A stretch of DNA of 38,214 nucleotides from NCBI GenBank assembly GCA_027081145.1, contig JALWLB010000142.1, forward strand, positions 1 through 38,214. Reading direction: 5' to 3'. Origin of the DNA: Campylobacterales bacterium. Lineage in GTDB: Bacteria > Campylobacterota > Campylobacteria > Campylobacterales > QNZT01. Both the position numbers and the translations under genes were made by a program. Below are positions 1 through 9,665 of the stretch, piece after piece; the stretch's first letter is position 1; every line of letters starts with the position of its first letter. The notes under the pieces are model-generated. The model ran no database searches, was not told the DNA's origin, and saw only the letters and a list, made by a program, of their open reading frames with translations.

Positions 1-43
1 GGGTTCTATCATAAACAAATGAATCTTTTTGGTTTTTTTGCAT
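1..43 (-). CDS. 5' end of an unidentified gene running off the left edge (partial)
   Basis: The reverse complement of 1-43 reads ATG CAA AAA AAC CAA AAA GAT... (MQKNQKDSFVYDRT) and stays open to the window edge. AAGGAA (50-55, minus strand) lies 6 nt upstream of the ATG. Too short to assign a product. Confidence 0.3.
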   Translation of the reverse strand, partial: MQKNQKDSFVYDRT

Positions 44-312
44 CCTCTGTTCCTTTTGTTCGTGTTAGGGGTATTATAATATAAAATTTACTTTTTTGGG
101 GATTTTATTTCAGGTTGAAATGTTTTTTTTTATTATCCTCTTGGGTTAAGAGTTGCACTCTGGCACCTTATATATGGCAACAGTAGAAAAAGTTAAAGCT
201 TGACGCTTTTTCTTAATACTCTTGATAAAGATATATTATAGTATCATACAGTTTAAGAAATTCAAATAATTAACGATATGTTGATAATTATTAAATATGA
301 GAGGAGTCAAAT

Positions 313-696
313 ATGTATTATATAGTACAAACAGATAAATCTTTTGAACAAGCTTGTGAAGATCTTGAAAAAGAGGTGAAAAATGAAGGTTTTGGAGTAC
401 TTCATGTACATGATGTGAAACAAACTTTACAAAATAAAGGTGTAGATTTTTCAGAAAATTGTAAAATTTTTGAAGTCTGTAATCCCAAACAGGCAAAAAA
501 TGTACTCTCTGTTGATATGAGATTAAATATGGCACTGCCTTGTAGGATTTCAGTTTTTAGCGAAAATGGTAAAACTAAAATTGGATTGATAAAACCAGCT
601 TTGATGCTTCAAGCCCTCTCAGATGATGAAGAGTTGCAAAAAGTAGCAAAAGAGGTTGAAGAAAAAACTATTAAGATGATAAATTGTGCAAAATAG
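313..696 (+). CDS. DUF302 domain-containing protein
   Basis: 127-aa ORF with GAGGAG 6 nt upstream of the ATG. Its size and sequence pattern (KSFEQACEDLEKEVKNEGFGVLHVHDV...FEVCNPKQA...LPCRISVF) match my memory of the DUF302 family. Confidence 0.7.
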   Translation: MYYIVQTDKSFEQACEDLEKEVKNEGFGVLHVHDVKQTLQNKGVDFSENCKIFEVCNPKQAKNVLSVDMRLNMALPCRISVFSENGKTKIGLIKPALMLQALSDDEELQKVAKEVEEKTIKMINCAK

Positions 697-726
697 TTTT
701 TTATTTCTCATGTTTTTGAATAATTG

Positions 727-735
727 TGTTATAAT
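727..735 (+). promoter_or_regulatory. candidate extended -10 element (TGTTATAAT) upstream of the 774-> gene string
   Basis: TGnTATAAT match at 727-735, about 40 nt upstream of the 774 ATG, in an otherwise non-coding gap. Motif match only. Confidence 0.35.
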
Positions 736-773
736 CTAAACTTATTTCAAATAGCTAAAAAAGGAAAAATTAT

Positions 774-1049
774 ATGTTTTTAGAAGATGATGATATATTT
801 GGTGGATCACCAAAAAAGAAATATTTTGATATAGTTTTCAATGCCAATCAAAATCTTGTAGCAGATCATTTGGATAACTCTTTACAAAAAATGGCAACTT
901 TAGAATTAATTCTTGAAAAGATGATGAGTGAAGAGGAGTTAGAAAAAAAGATCATTGAATTTAAAGTTGAGTATGAGGATGAATTAGCAAAAAGAGTTGA
1001 AGATTTATATATAGCAGGTATGGGTGATATCGTAAGCCAAAATGAGTAA
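774..1049 (+). CDS. small helical protein, HP0242/DUF2018-like
   Basis: 91-aa ORF with AAGGAAAAA upstream. The N-terminal ...IFGGSPKKKYFDIVFNA... and C-terminal ...GMGDIVSQNE resemble my memory of H. pylori HP0242. It sits upstream of ispB-hemA-proS, as HP0242 does in H. pylori. Confidence 0.55.
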   Translation: MFLEDDDIFGGSPKKKYFDIVFNANQNLVADHLDNSLQKMATLELILEKMMSEEELEKKIIEFKVEYEDELAKRVEDLYIAGMGDIVSQNE

Positions 1050-1470
1050 ACTCTTTTTTCTTATTTGTAGTGTAATCTTTTTAAATGCAGGTGGGATCGA
1101 TTATTGGGATCACATCTATACACATAAGTTAAAAAAAGATCAAGTCGCAACAGTTATGATACAAAAAGATCAGCCATCAAGAGGAGTAATTGATTCTAAT
1201 CTCTCTTTTAGATGGACTCTTTTTAAAAATAGTGCTTTAATAATACTTGCAAATTATGAAGGTTTTGCTACTCAATATACACTATATCAAAAGAGAAAAA
1301 GAGATAGCGTAAGGATCGACTTGGATAGTTATACAACTCGTTTAAATCGTCCTTATCTACTGCTTCAATTTAGTGACTTTGATCCAAAAACAGAGGTAGC
1401 TACCATTGAAACATATATAAAAGATCCAACAAAAACTATTAGAGTCAAATGGTTAAAAAAGGAAAAATAG
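1042..1470 (+). CDS. hypothetical exported protein
   Basis: 142-aa ORF overlapping the previous gene by 8 nt. Hydrophobic N-terminus (MSKLFFLICSVIFLNAGG) is consistent with a signal peptide. No family recognised. Confidence 0.55.
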   Translation: MSKLFFLICSVIFLNAGGIDYWDHIYTHKLKKDQVATVMIQKDQPSRGVIDSNLSFRWTLFKNSALIILANYEGFATQYTLYQKRKRDSVRIDLDSYTTRLNRPYLLLQFSDFDPKTEVATIETYIKDPTKTIRVKWLKKEK

Positions 1471-2367
1471 TTGCTTAGTAGTGTTGAAATTATGATGAGA
1501 GAGTTTATCAAAGAGCTTGATAATGAGTATGTATTAGAGCTTTTTGATAAAATTCCCAAAGGTAAAAGATTAAGAGCAAAACTAATACTAAAAATTGCCC
1601 CTCCAAATCAAAATACAATTATGTTAGCCACTATAATAGAGCTAATTCATATGGCAAGTTTACTACATGATGATGTGATAGATGATGCTACTCTAAGAAG
1701 GGGAGTCTCTTCTATAAATGCGCTATTTGGAGATAAAACTGCTATTATGTTAGGAGATATACTCTATTCAAAAGCGTTCTCAAAACTTCCACTACTCGAT
1801 AAACATATTGCTCAAATTGTGGCAAATTCAGTTGCTATGCTATCAGTAGGAGAGTTGCTTGATGTGGAGTTGTCAAAAAAGTTTAATCCAGATTTTAAAC
1901 TCTATTTTGAAATGATTTATAAAAAAACTGCTATTTTGATTGAAGCTGCAGCCTCCAGTGCTGCGATTTTAGCAAAAAAGGATAAAGATATTTTTGCTTT
2001 ATATGGTAAAAATTTAGGTTTAGCTTTTCAAATTGTTGATGATATATTAGATATCACTCAAGATAGTAAAAAGTTAGGAAAACCTTCACTAAGTGATTTT
2101 AAAGAGGGTAAAACAACTCTTCCTTATATCTATCTGTACAAAGCATTAAATGATAGTGATAAGAAGTATCTAGTTTCTCTTCATAAACAGAGCTTAGATG
2201 ATAAAGATATAGAGTGGATCAAGCAAAAAATGCACACAAACTCTATAATTTCCAAATCTATAAAATATGCAAAAAACCTAGCAGCAGAGGCATTGCAAGT
2301 TATAGAGAAAGAGAAAAATGACGATTTAGAATTGATTGTTAAGAGTATGATTGAGAGGGATTTTTAA
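1471..2367 (+). CDS. ispB: trans-polyprenyl diphosphate synthase (octaprenyl-diphosphate synthase type)
   Basis: Both Asp-rich motifs are present (LLHDDVIDDATLRRG and FQIVDDILD). TTG start directly after the previous stop, with AAGGA upstream. ATG 1492/1495 are alternative starts. Confidence 0.85.
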   Translation: MLSSVEIMMREFIKELDNEYVLELFDKIPKGKRLRAKLILKIAPPNQNTIMLATIIELIHMASLLHDDVIDDATLRRGVSSINALFGDKTAIMLGDILYSKAFSKLPLLDKHIAQIVANSVAMLSVGELLDVELSKKFNPDFKLYFEMIYKKTAILIEAAASSAAILAKKDKDIFALYGKNLGLAFQIVDDILDITQDSKKLGKPSLSDFKEGKTTLPYIYLYKALNDSDKKYLVSLHKQSLDDKDIEWIKQKMHTNSIISKSIKYAKNLAAEALQVIEKEKNDDLELIVKSMIERDF

Positions 2368-3677
2368 TGCACTATTTGATAATAAGCTATACACACAAAA
2401 ATACAAATTTACAAACTAGAGAAAAACTTGCTTTTAATGATGAAGATAAATTAAAATCTTTTTATGAAAAAGTTATTATTTTACATGGTGTAAATGAAGT
2501 TGTAATAATCTCAACTTGCAACAGAGTTGAACTTCTTTTGAGTATTAATGAGACAGAAAATACAAAAGAGGAGATTTTAGATCTTTTATCTATTCATGCA
2601 AAGCTCCCAAGACGAGAGATGAGCGATTATGGAAAAATTTATGAAGATCAAAAGGCTATTAAACATATGTTTATGGTTGCATCATCGCTTGATAGTTTAG
2701 TAGTTGGTGAAACTCAAATTGTAGGTCAAATCAAAGATGCTTTTGCATACTCATATAAAAATGGATATTGTGGACAAAAGATAGCTAGAGTTATGCATCA
2801 TGCTTTTAGATGTGCAGCAACTGTTAGAAATTCAACAGAAATTTCTAAAAATCCAGTCTCAATCGCTAGTGCAGCTGTTGCAAAAGCAAAAGATATTTTT
2901 GGTGGTAATTTAGGTGGATATACTGCTGTTATAGTTGGTGCTGGTGAAATGGGCTCACTTGCAGCGAAACATTTGGCAAATGCAAAAGTAAATCTTATTA
3001 TTATAAATAGAGATATCCAAAGAGCACAAGATTTGGCTGATACTATTGAAGGTGTCATGGTAACTGTAAAGCCATTTTCTGCTCTTCATGAAATTATCAA
3101 TGAATATAGACTTCTATTTAGCGGAACTGGAGCCGATTATGCAGTAATTACCCAAAGTATGATAAAACAGGTTCCATTTCAAAGATACTGGTTTGATATG
3201 GCAGTGCCTAGAGATATAGAAGAGTTTGAAGATGAAAATATTGCAGTATATGCTGTAGATGATTTACAAGAGATTGTGGATAAAAATCTTGCAATGCGAG
3301 AAGAGAGTGCAAAGGTGGCTTATGCCATTGTAGAAGAGTTTACACAAGAGTTTTTTAAATGGCTTCAAACACTTGCAGTTGATCCTTTGATAAAAGAGAT
3401 TAGACAAAAAGCGAAAGTTTGTAGCGAAAAAGAGATACAAAGAGCTATAAAAAAGGGATTTATTCCAAGCGAATATGAAGAGCAAGTTACAAAAGTTATT
3501 CATTTAGCATTTAATGGCTTTTTGCATAAACCAACCAAAAGACTAAAAACTATAGCAGAACAGCCACAAGCTGATACAATTGTGCAATCAATTCAATACT
3601 TTTTTGATCTAAACTCTGATCAAAGAAAAGCGATAAACATTTACAAATGTGAATATCAAATAGAAAAAGATTTATAA
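2367..3677 (+). CDS. hemA: glutamyl-tRNA reductase
   Basis: Catalytic-Cys motif ISTCNRVELLL and NADPH Rossmann motif VIVGAGEMGSLAAKHL. TAATG overlap with ispB. Confidence 0.95.
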   Translation: MHYLIISYTHKNTNLQTREKLAFNDEDKLKSFYEKVIILHGVNEVVIISTCNRVELLLSINETENTKEEILDLLSIHAKLPRREMSDYGKIYEDQKAIKHMFMVASSLDSLVVGETQIVGQIKDAFAYSYKNGYCGQKIARVMHHAFRCAATVRNSTEISKNPVSIASAAVAKAKDIFGGNLGGYTAVIVGAGEMGSLAAKHLANAKVNLIIINRDIQRAQDLADTIEGVMVTVKPFSALHEIINEYRLLFSGTGADYAVITQSMIKQVPFQRYWFDMAVPRDIEEFEDENIAVYAVDDLQEIVDKNLAMREESAKVAYAIVEEFTQEFFKWLQTLAVDPLIKEIRQKAKVCSEKEIQRAIKKGFIPSEYEEQVTKVIHLAFNGFLHKPTKRLKTIAEQPQADTIVQSIQYFFDLNSDQRKAINIYKCEYQIEKDL

Positions 3678-3765
3678 TAATTTTGTTTTAGGTAATTTTG
3701 ATACAATACTTTAATTAAGTTACAGACTATTTTGTACTATTATCAATGCTCTTAAAGGTAAAAAA

Positions 3766-5457
3766 TTGAGATTTTCAAAACTATTTATTCCGACAACAAA
3801 AGAGGCTCCAAAAGATGCCCAAATTCCTAGTCATATATATCTTCTTAGAGGTGGGTTTATAGCACAAAGTGGTAGTGGGATTTATAACTTTTTGCCACTT
3901 GGATTAAGAGTGCTTGATAAAATTATTCAAATTATTGATCAAGAGTTACAAAAAGGTGGTTGTCTAAAAACAAAGCTTAGTGTTGTTACTTCACTTGATT
4001 TGTGGAATGAGAGTGGACGAACTAAAAGGTATGGAAAAGAGCTTTTAAGATTTAAAGATAGAAAGTCAAATGAGTTTGTTTTAGGTCCAACTCATGAAGA
4101 GGCAATGGTAGATTTAGTTAGAAATAGAGTAAAAAGCTATAAACATTTACCACTAAATCTATATCAAATTGGAACAAAATTTAGAGATGAACTTCGCCCT
4201 AGATATGGACTTTTGAGAACTAGAGAGTTTATCATGAAAGATGGCTATAGTTTTCATGAAGATGCCAAAGATATGCAAAGAGAGTTTAAACATATGCAAA
4301 AGCTCTATTCTAAAATTTTTACAAGACTTGGGATAGATTTTAGGGTGGTTGATGCCGATTCTGGTGCTATTGGTGGCAGTGGTAGTAAAGAGTTTATGGC
4401 TCTATCTGAGAATGGCGAAGATGATATTTTGGTATGTTCAAAGTGTTCATATGGAGCAAATATAGAGGCTGCAAAACGAAAAAAATTGGTTGAGCCTATG
4501 GATGAAGTTAGTATGAATCCGGGTAAATTTTATACACCAAATGTAAGCTCTATAGATGAAGTTTGTGATTTTTTTAAAATTCACCCATACTATACAGTAA
4601 AAGCTGTTGCTAAAAAGGCTGTATATGAGGATAGAGAAGAGATTGTAATCTTTTATATAAGAGGTTGTGATGACTTACAAGAGACAAAAGCTTTGAGTGC
4701 TTGTGGGGCTTTGGATTTCAAAGATGTGGATGATAGTGAACTTTTGGCTTTAGGTATCACTCCTGGCTCAATTCCTCCTGGCTTGATAAATGTCAAAAGT
4801 TACTTTGATATAGAGTTTAAAGATCAGAGCAATTTAATTTGTGGAGCCAATATCAAAGATTATCACTATGTTGGATTTAGCTTTAAAAATCGAGATTTTA
4901 ATTATGTGGATTTGGCTACAGTAAGAGAGAATGATAAGTGTATTGAGTGTGGAAGTGAGCTTAGTATTACTAAAGCTATTGAGGCTGGACACATTTTTCA
5001 ACTATATGAGACTTACTCAAAGCCACTAAATGCTACATTTTTAGATCGCAATGGAAAATCAAAACCATTTGTTATGGGAACTTATGGGATTGGAGTTAGT
5101 AGAATTGTTGCTATTTTGGTTGAACAAAATCATGATGAAAAGGGAATTATTTGGGATAAAAATTTAGCTCCTTTTGAAATTGATATAGTAATCTCAAATA
5201 TAAAAGATAAAGATCAAGTGGAGTTTGCAACTACTCTACATGATAACTTAGAAGATCAAGGAGTTCAAGTTATATTAGATGATAGAAGTGAAAGATTTGG
5301 TTTTAAGATGAAAGATTTTGAGCTTATAGGCTTTCCTTATGCTGTAATAGTTGGTAAAGAGTTGAGTGAGGGGTTTGTTGAGTTGGTTGATCGAAAAACT
5401 CTGACAAAAACAAAAATCCATAAAGATAAAATTTTACAAACAATAATGGATCTATAA
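3766..5457 (+). CDS. proS: proline--tRNA ligase (bacterial type with editing insertion)
   Basis: N-terminus MRFSKLFIPTTKE, class II motif 2 FRDELRPRYGLLRTREFIMKDGYSF and motif 3 GTYGIGVSRIVA. TTG start. Confidence 0.95.
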   Translation: MRFSKLFIPTTKEAPKDAQIPSHIYLLRGGFIAQSGSGIYNFLPLGLRVLDKIIQIIDQELQKGGCLKTKLSVVTSLDLWNESGRTKRYGKELLRFKDRKSNEFVLGPTHEEAMVDLVRNRVKSYKHLPLNLYQIGTKFRDELRPRYGLLRTREFIMKDGYSFHEDAKDMQREFKHMQKLYSKIFTRLGIDFRVVDADSGAIGGSGSKEFMALSENGEDDILVCSKCSYGANIEAAKRKKLVEPMDEVSMNPGKFYTPNVSSIDEVCDFFKIHPYYTVKAVAKKAVYEDREEIVIFYIRGCDDLQETKALSACGALDFKDVDDSELLALGITPGSIPPGLINVKSYFDIEFKDQSNLICGANIKDYHYVGFSFKNRDFNYVDLATVRENDKCIECGSELSITKAIEAGHIFQLYETYSKPLNATFLDRNGKSKPFVMGTYGIGVSRIVAILVEQNHDEKGIIWDKNLAPFEIDIVISNIKDKDQVEFATTLHDNLEDQGVQVILDDRSERFGFKMKDFELIGFPYAVIVGKELSEGFVELVDRKTLTKTKIHKDKILQTIMDL

Positions 5458-5868
5458 GTGCCGTTTTTTTTAATTTATCTTTTTATCGAGGTTTTGGTCA
5501 GTGTTCAATTTGCTACCTATTTGGGTGGTATTTTAACTTTTTTAGAGATTGTTGCCTCTGCAATTATTGGCTTTTTTTTATTAACAAATTTTAGATATAC
5601 TCTTGGTGAAAATGTAAAATCTTTGATCTCTAAAGAGATTACGATAGAAGAGTTTCAAAAATTGAGCCTCTTTAGTGCTTTGGGTGCTATATTGCTTATA
5701 GTACCTGGTTTTTTTAGTGATATTATAGGTATTTTATTGCAGTTTGGCTCTTTTGGTACAATTTTTGCAAGAAGAGTTTTAAATCTTAAAAATAAAACAG
5801 ATCATAAAAAAAAGGATATAGATGCGATCGATGTTGAAATTATTGACAATAATAGCGATACTAAGTAG
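5458..5868 (+). CDS. fxsA: FxsA family inner-membrane protein
   Basis: 136 aa with the hydrophobic FxsA-like N-terminus FLIYLFIEVLVSVQFATYLGG, further TM segments and a charged tail. GTG start immediately after the proS stop. Confidence 0.65.
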   Translation: MPFFLIYLFIEVLVSVQFATYLGGILTFLEIVASAIIGFFLLTNFRYTLGENVKSLISKEITIEEFQKLSLFSALGAILLIVPGFFSDIIGILLQFGSFGTIFARRVLNLKNKTDHKKKDIDAIDVEIIDNNSDTK

Positions 5869-6673
5869 TACACCGGTTTTTGCAAAAGGCAATTTAACAG
5901 TTGAAAAGACAATAGAAGATTATATAAAAAAATCTGTTCATGTAAACCCAAACTTTACTCTTAAAGATGTAAGAGTAAAAGATAGTGCTATAGTTGATGA
6001 GTTACCTGGTTGGAAGGTATATTTTTTAGATGTTGATTTAGAAATTAAGAGCCAAAATAATAAAAAAGTAACTGTAAATGATAAAGTTTTTACAAATGGA
6101 ACATATTTAGTTAAAGATTTTGCAAATATAAAAAATGGTACATCTTTAAGAGATGTAGTGGCTCCAACTATAAAAGATTTCTCATATTATAAAAAAGATC
6201 ATTTGATATATGGTGATTTTGATGCTAAGAATAAGCTAGTTATCTTTAGTGATCCAATTTGTCCTGCTTGTCAAGATTTTTTACCAAAACTTATAAAAGA
6301 TGTTAAAGCCAATCCAAAAAAGGTAGCACTCTTTTATTATCACTTTCCATTAGAGATGATTCATCCATCAGCATCTATTTTGGCAAAGGCTATGATTGTT
6401 GCACAAAAGCAGGGTGTTAAAGATTTGACTCTTAAAATGTATGAAAAGAAGTTTAATTTACAAACAGCAGATGAACAAAAGGTGTTAGATGCTTTTAACG
6501 AAGCTTTTGGTACAAAAATTACCAAAAAAGATATAAACTCAAAAGAGGTTTTAGCTAAATATGATAATGATATCAAAAGTGCAAATAGATTATCAGTTAG
6601 TGGCACACCTACACTATATGTAAATGGGAAAAAGGATTTTTCTCGCCAAAAATATTTAGAACTGTTGAAATAG
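5831..6673 (+). CDS. periplasmic thiol:disulfide oxidoreductase, DsbA/DsbG-like (CPAC active site)
   Basis: Signal peptide [20 protein letters not shown], thioredoxin-fold active site [10 protein letters not shown] and cis-Pro loop [14 protein letters not shown] 5822 is an alternative start. The gene overlaps the fxsA 3' end by 38-47 nt. Confidence 0.75.
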   Translation: MLKLLTIIAILSSTPVFAKGNLTVEKTIEDYIKKSVHVNPNFTLKDVRVKDSAIVDELPGWKVYFLDVDLEIKSQNNKKVTVNDKVFTNGTYLVKDFANIKNGTSLRDVVAPTIKDFSYYKKDHLIYGDFDAKNKLVIFSDPICPACQDFLPKLIKDVKANPKKVALFYYHFPLEMIHPSASILAKAMIVAQKQGVKDLTLKMYEKKFNLQTADEQKVLDAFNEAFGTKITKKDINSKEVLAKYDNDIKSANRLSVSGTPTLYVNGKKDFSRQKYLELLK

Positions 6674-6677
6674 ATCC

Positions 6678-7622
6678 ATGAAAAAACTAATAATAGCAAC
6701 AAGAGGGAGTGCATTAGCACTTTGGCAATCTGAACATATCAAAAAGAGGCTACAAGAGCAGTATCCAGATTTAGAGGTTGAACTTAAAGTTATGAAAACC
6801 AAAGGAGATAAGATACTTGATACTCCTTTGGCAAAGATTGGTGGAAAAGGTCTTTTTACAAAAGAGCTTGAAGATGCTATGTTAAAAGGTGAAGCCCACA
6901 TTGCAGTTCATAGTCTCAAAGATGTACCTATTGAATTTCCAGATGGATTGGTGCTTGGAGTAATTACAAAAAGAGAAGATGTAAGAGATGCACTCTTAAG
7001 TCAAAAATATCAATCAATTGATGAACTTCCTCAAAATGCTATTGTTGGAACTACAAGTCTTAGAAGAAGAATGCAGCTTTTAAAATTAAGACCGGATTTG
7101 AAGATAAAAAATCTAAGAGGTAATGTAAATACTAGAATAAGAAAATTAAAAGATGGTGAATTTGATGCAATTATTTTAGCAACTGCCGGAATTAATCGAC
7201 TTGGACTTAGTGATGAGGTTAATTATGTAACTCCTATTGAAGTGACTCAAATGATTCCTGCTATGGGTCAAGCAGCTTTGGGAATTGAGTGTATAGATGA
7301 TAAAGAGGTGCTTGAGAAAATAAAATTTTTACAAGATGAAAATTCATATATTGAAACAAAAATTGAAAGAGATTTTGTACAAATTCTTCAAGGTGGCTGT
7401 CAAGTTCCAATTGGTATAAATGCAAAATTAAAAAATGATGAAATTGTAGTTAGGTGTATGGTTGGATTGCCAGATGGAAGTGAAATATTAAAAGAAAAAA
7501 GATTAGCCAAAAAAGATGAATTTAGTATTTTAGGTAAAGAGTTAGCTGAGTTTATGATAGAAAATGGTGCGATTAAACTCTTAAAGAGAGCTGAAGAGAT
7601 AGCACTTAAAGATATACTATGA
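6678..7622 (+). CDS. hemC: hydroxymethylbilane synthase (porphobilinogen deaminase)
   Basis: [25 protein letters not shown] and the cofactor-Cys motif GGCQVPIG. Confidence 0.95.
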   Translation: MKKLIIATRGSALALWQSEHIKKRLQEQYPDLEVELKVMKTKGDKILDTPLAKIGGKGLFTKELEDAMLKGEAHIAVHSLKDVPIEFPDGLVLGVITKREDVRDALLSQKYQSIDELPQNAIVGTTSLRRRMQLLKLRPDLKIKNLRGNVNTRIRKLKDGEFDAIILATAGINRLGLSDEVNYVTPIEVTQMIPAMGQAALGIECIDDKEVLEKIKFLQDENSYIETKIERDFVQILQGGCQVPIGINAKLKNDEIVVRCMVGLPDGSEILKEKRLAKKDEFSILGKELAEFMIENGAIKLLKRAEEIALKDIL

Positions 7623-7724
7623 ATTTATAAAACACTATATGATTTTTAGTAAAATCATAAATAAAAATAGAAATCATAAGGGTTTTATCTCTTGCCCGTT
7701 AGGGCAAAGCTTTAGTGATAGGAA

Positions 7725-7753
7725 TTTTTGTTGGAATTTACTTCCAACAAAAA
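7725..7753 (+). promoter_or_regulatory. perfect 12-bp-stem hairpin abutting the Shine-Dalgarno of the UbiD-family gene
   Basis: TTTTTGTTGGAA (7725-7736), loop TTTAC, then TTCCAACAAAAA (7742-7753). The 3' arm runs into AAGGAG (7752-7757), which precedes ATG 7767. Confidence 0.4.
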
Positions 7754-7766
7754 GGAGATGATTAAT

Positions 7767-9581
7767 ATGAAAGATGCAATAGAGTTACTAAAAGAGAATA
7801 ACCTTTTAAAAGTCATCGATCAAGAGGTTGATATAGACTTAGAGATGGCTCATATTGCATATATTGAGATAAAACAGCCAAAACCAAAAGCACTACTCTT
7901 TACAAAACCTATAAGTAAAAAATTGGATAAAAAGTACAACACTCCAGTTTTGATGAATGTTTTTGGATCATTTGAGGCGACAAAGCTATTTTTGCAAAAA
8001 GATCCTGATGAAATAGCTAAAGAGATTGAAGAGCTTTTACACCTAAAGCCCCCTCAAACTTTTAGTGAAAAATTGGGACTGTTTGCAAAACTTTTTGATT
8101 TTAAAAATATTTTTCCAAAAAGATTAAATAAAAGAGGACTATGTCAAGAGATCATAAAAACTAAAGATGAAATTAACCTACATGATATCCCTATACTAAA
8201 AACTTGGCCTAAAGATGGTGGAGCATTTATAACAATGGGACAAGTTTATACACAATCACTAAATGGTGAAGTTAAAAATTTAGGAATGTATCGTTTGCAA
8301 GTTTATGATAAAAATACCCTTGGAATGCATTGGCAAATTCATAAAGATAGTGCAACATTTTTTAATGAGTATAAATTGGCAAATAAAAAGATGCCAGTCT
8401 CAATTGCAATTGGTGGTGATCCACTATATACTTGGTGTGCAACAGCTCCTTTGCCTCATGGAGTATTTGAGCTTTTGATGTATGGTTTTATAAAAAAAGA
8501 GAGTGCAAAATTGGTAAAATCGATTACAAATGATATTTATATACCTTGGGATGTCGATTTTGTGATTGAAGGTTTTGTAGATCCAAATAGTTTAAAAATA
8601 GAAGGACCATTTGGTGATCATACAGGATACTACACCTTAGAAGAGGAGTATCCATATATGGATGTAAGTTGCATAACACACAAAAAAGATCCTATTTATC
8701 TTGCAACTGTTGTTGGCAAACCACCTCTTGAAGATAAATATATGGGATGGGCAACTGGTAGGATATTTTTACCACTTCTAAAAACCACTACACCTGAATT
8801 GATTGATTATATTATGCCCGAAAATGGTGTATTTCATAATTTGATAATTGCAAAGATGAAAACCTCTTATCCAGGACATGCAAAACAGTTTATGCATGCA
8901 TTTTGGGGAGTAGGGCAGATGAGTTTTGTAAAACATGCTATTTTTGTCAATAAAGATGCTCCGGCTTTAGAGGATTTTGATAAATTGAGTGATTATATCT
9001 TAGATAGAGTAAAGATCGATAATCTTTTAATAAGTGAGGGAGTTTGTGATGCACTAGATCACTCATCACCTAATTTTGCTTATGGAGGAAAATTGGGAGT
9101 TGATGCAACGAGTGATAATGTCAATTTTCCTCAAAAAAATATTTTATCAGATAGTGAACTTTTTGAGATTGTTAAAAAGTTAGATCCTAATATAATAGAT
9201 ATAAAACAGTATAAAACTTACACTAAAACTCCAATTACACTTATTGCAATTGATAAAAAAGAGCCTATTAAAAATGTATATCAAAAATTAAAATCTATTA
9301 AAAAACATACAAAACTGTTGGTATTTGTAGATAGTGATAAAAATGATATTACAAACTCTTACATGATAATATGGAGAGTTGTAAACAATATAGATGCAAA
9401 AAGAGATCTCTTTTTAGAGCATGAATTTATTGGAATTGATGCTACCAATAAAGGAGAAATTGATAACTTTCCAAGAAGATGGCCTGATGATACAGATTGT
9501 GATTTGAGTGTCATAAACTCTTTAAAAGAGAAAAAATTGATAAATATTGATGATTTATTCTTAAAAAAGTATTATATTTAA
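7767..9581 (+). CDS. UbiD-family aromatic (de)carboxylase (menaquinone/ubiquinone-type)
   Basis: UbiD hallmark GPFGDHTGYY and about 600 aa in length. ATG 7767 is preferred over the track start TTG 7728 because AAGGAG (7752-7757) precedes it. The prenyl-FMN partner ubiX is also in the window (18836-19357). Confidence 0.9.
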   Translation: MKDAIELLKENNLLKVIDQEVDIDLEMAHIAYIEIKQPKPKALLFTKPISKKLDKKYNTPVLMNVFGSFEATKLFLQKDPDEIAKEIEELLHLKPPQTFSEKLGLFAKLFDFKNIFPKRLNKRGLCQEIIKTKDEINLHDIPILKTWPKDGGAFITMGQVYTQSLNGEVKNLGMYRLQVYDKNTLGMHWQIHKDSATFFNEYKLANKKMPVSIAIGGDPLYTWCATAPLPHGVFELLMYGFIKKESAKLVKSITNDIYIPWDVDFVIEGFVDPNSLKIEGPFGDHTGYYTLEEEYPYMDVSCITHKKDPIYLATVVGKPPLEDKYMGWATGRIFLPLLKTTTPELIDYIMPENGVFHNLIIAKMKTSYPGHAKQFMHAFWGVGQMSFVKHAIFVNKDAPALEDFDKLSDYILDRVKIDNLLISEGVCDALDHSSPNFAYGGKLGVDATSDNVNFPQKNILSDSELFEIVKKLDPNIIDIKQYKTYTKTPITLIAIDKKEPIKNVYQKLKSIKKHTKLLVFVDSDKNDITNSYMIIWRVVNNIDAKRDLFLEHEFIGIDATNKGEIDNFPRRWPDDTDCDLSVINSLKEKKLINIDDLFLKKYYI

Positions 9582-9665
9582 ATTATACTTCAGTATATTT
9601 ATTGTAATATATCTCATTTTATTACCATAAAATAGTAAATAGTTTTTAAATAAGAGAGGGAGAGT

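Noticed and set aside
74-131. TATAAT (74-79) followed by a small hairpin ATTTCA/GGT/TGAAAT (107-121) and a T9 run (123-131), a possible tiny sRNA or attenuator in the 270-bp gap before the DUF302 gene
   Set aside because: The stem is only 6 AU-rich bp with a 3-nt loop. Such motifs arise easily by chance in about 25-30% GC intergenic DNA, and nothing else supports it.
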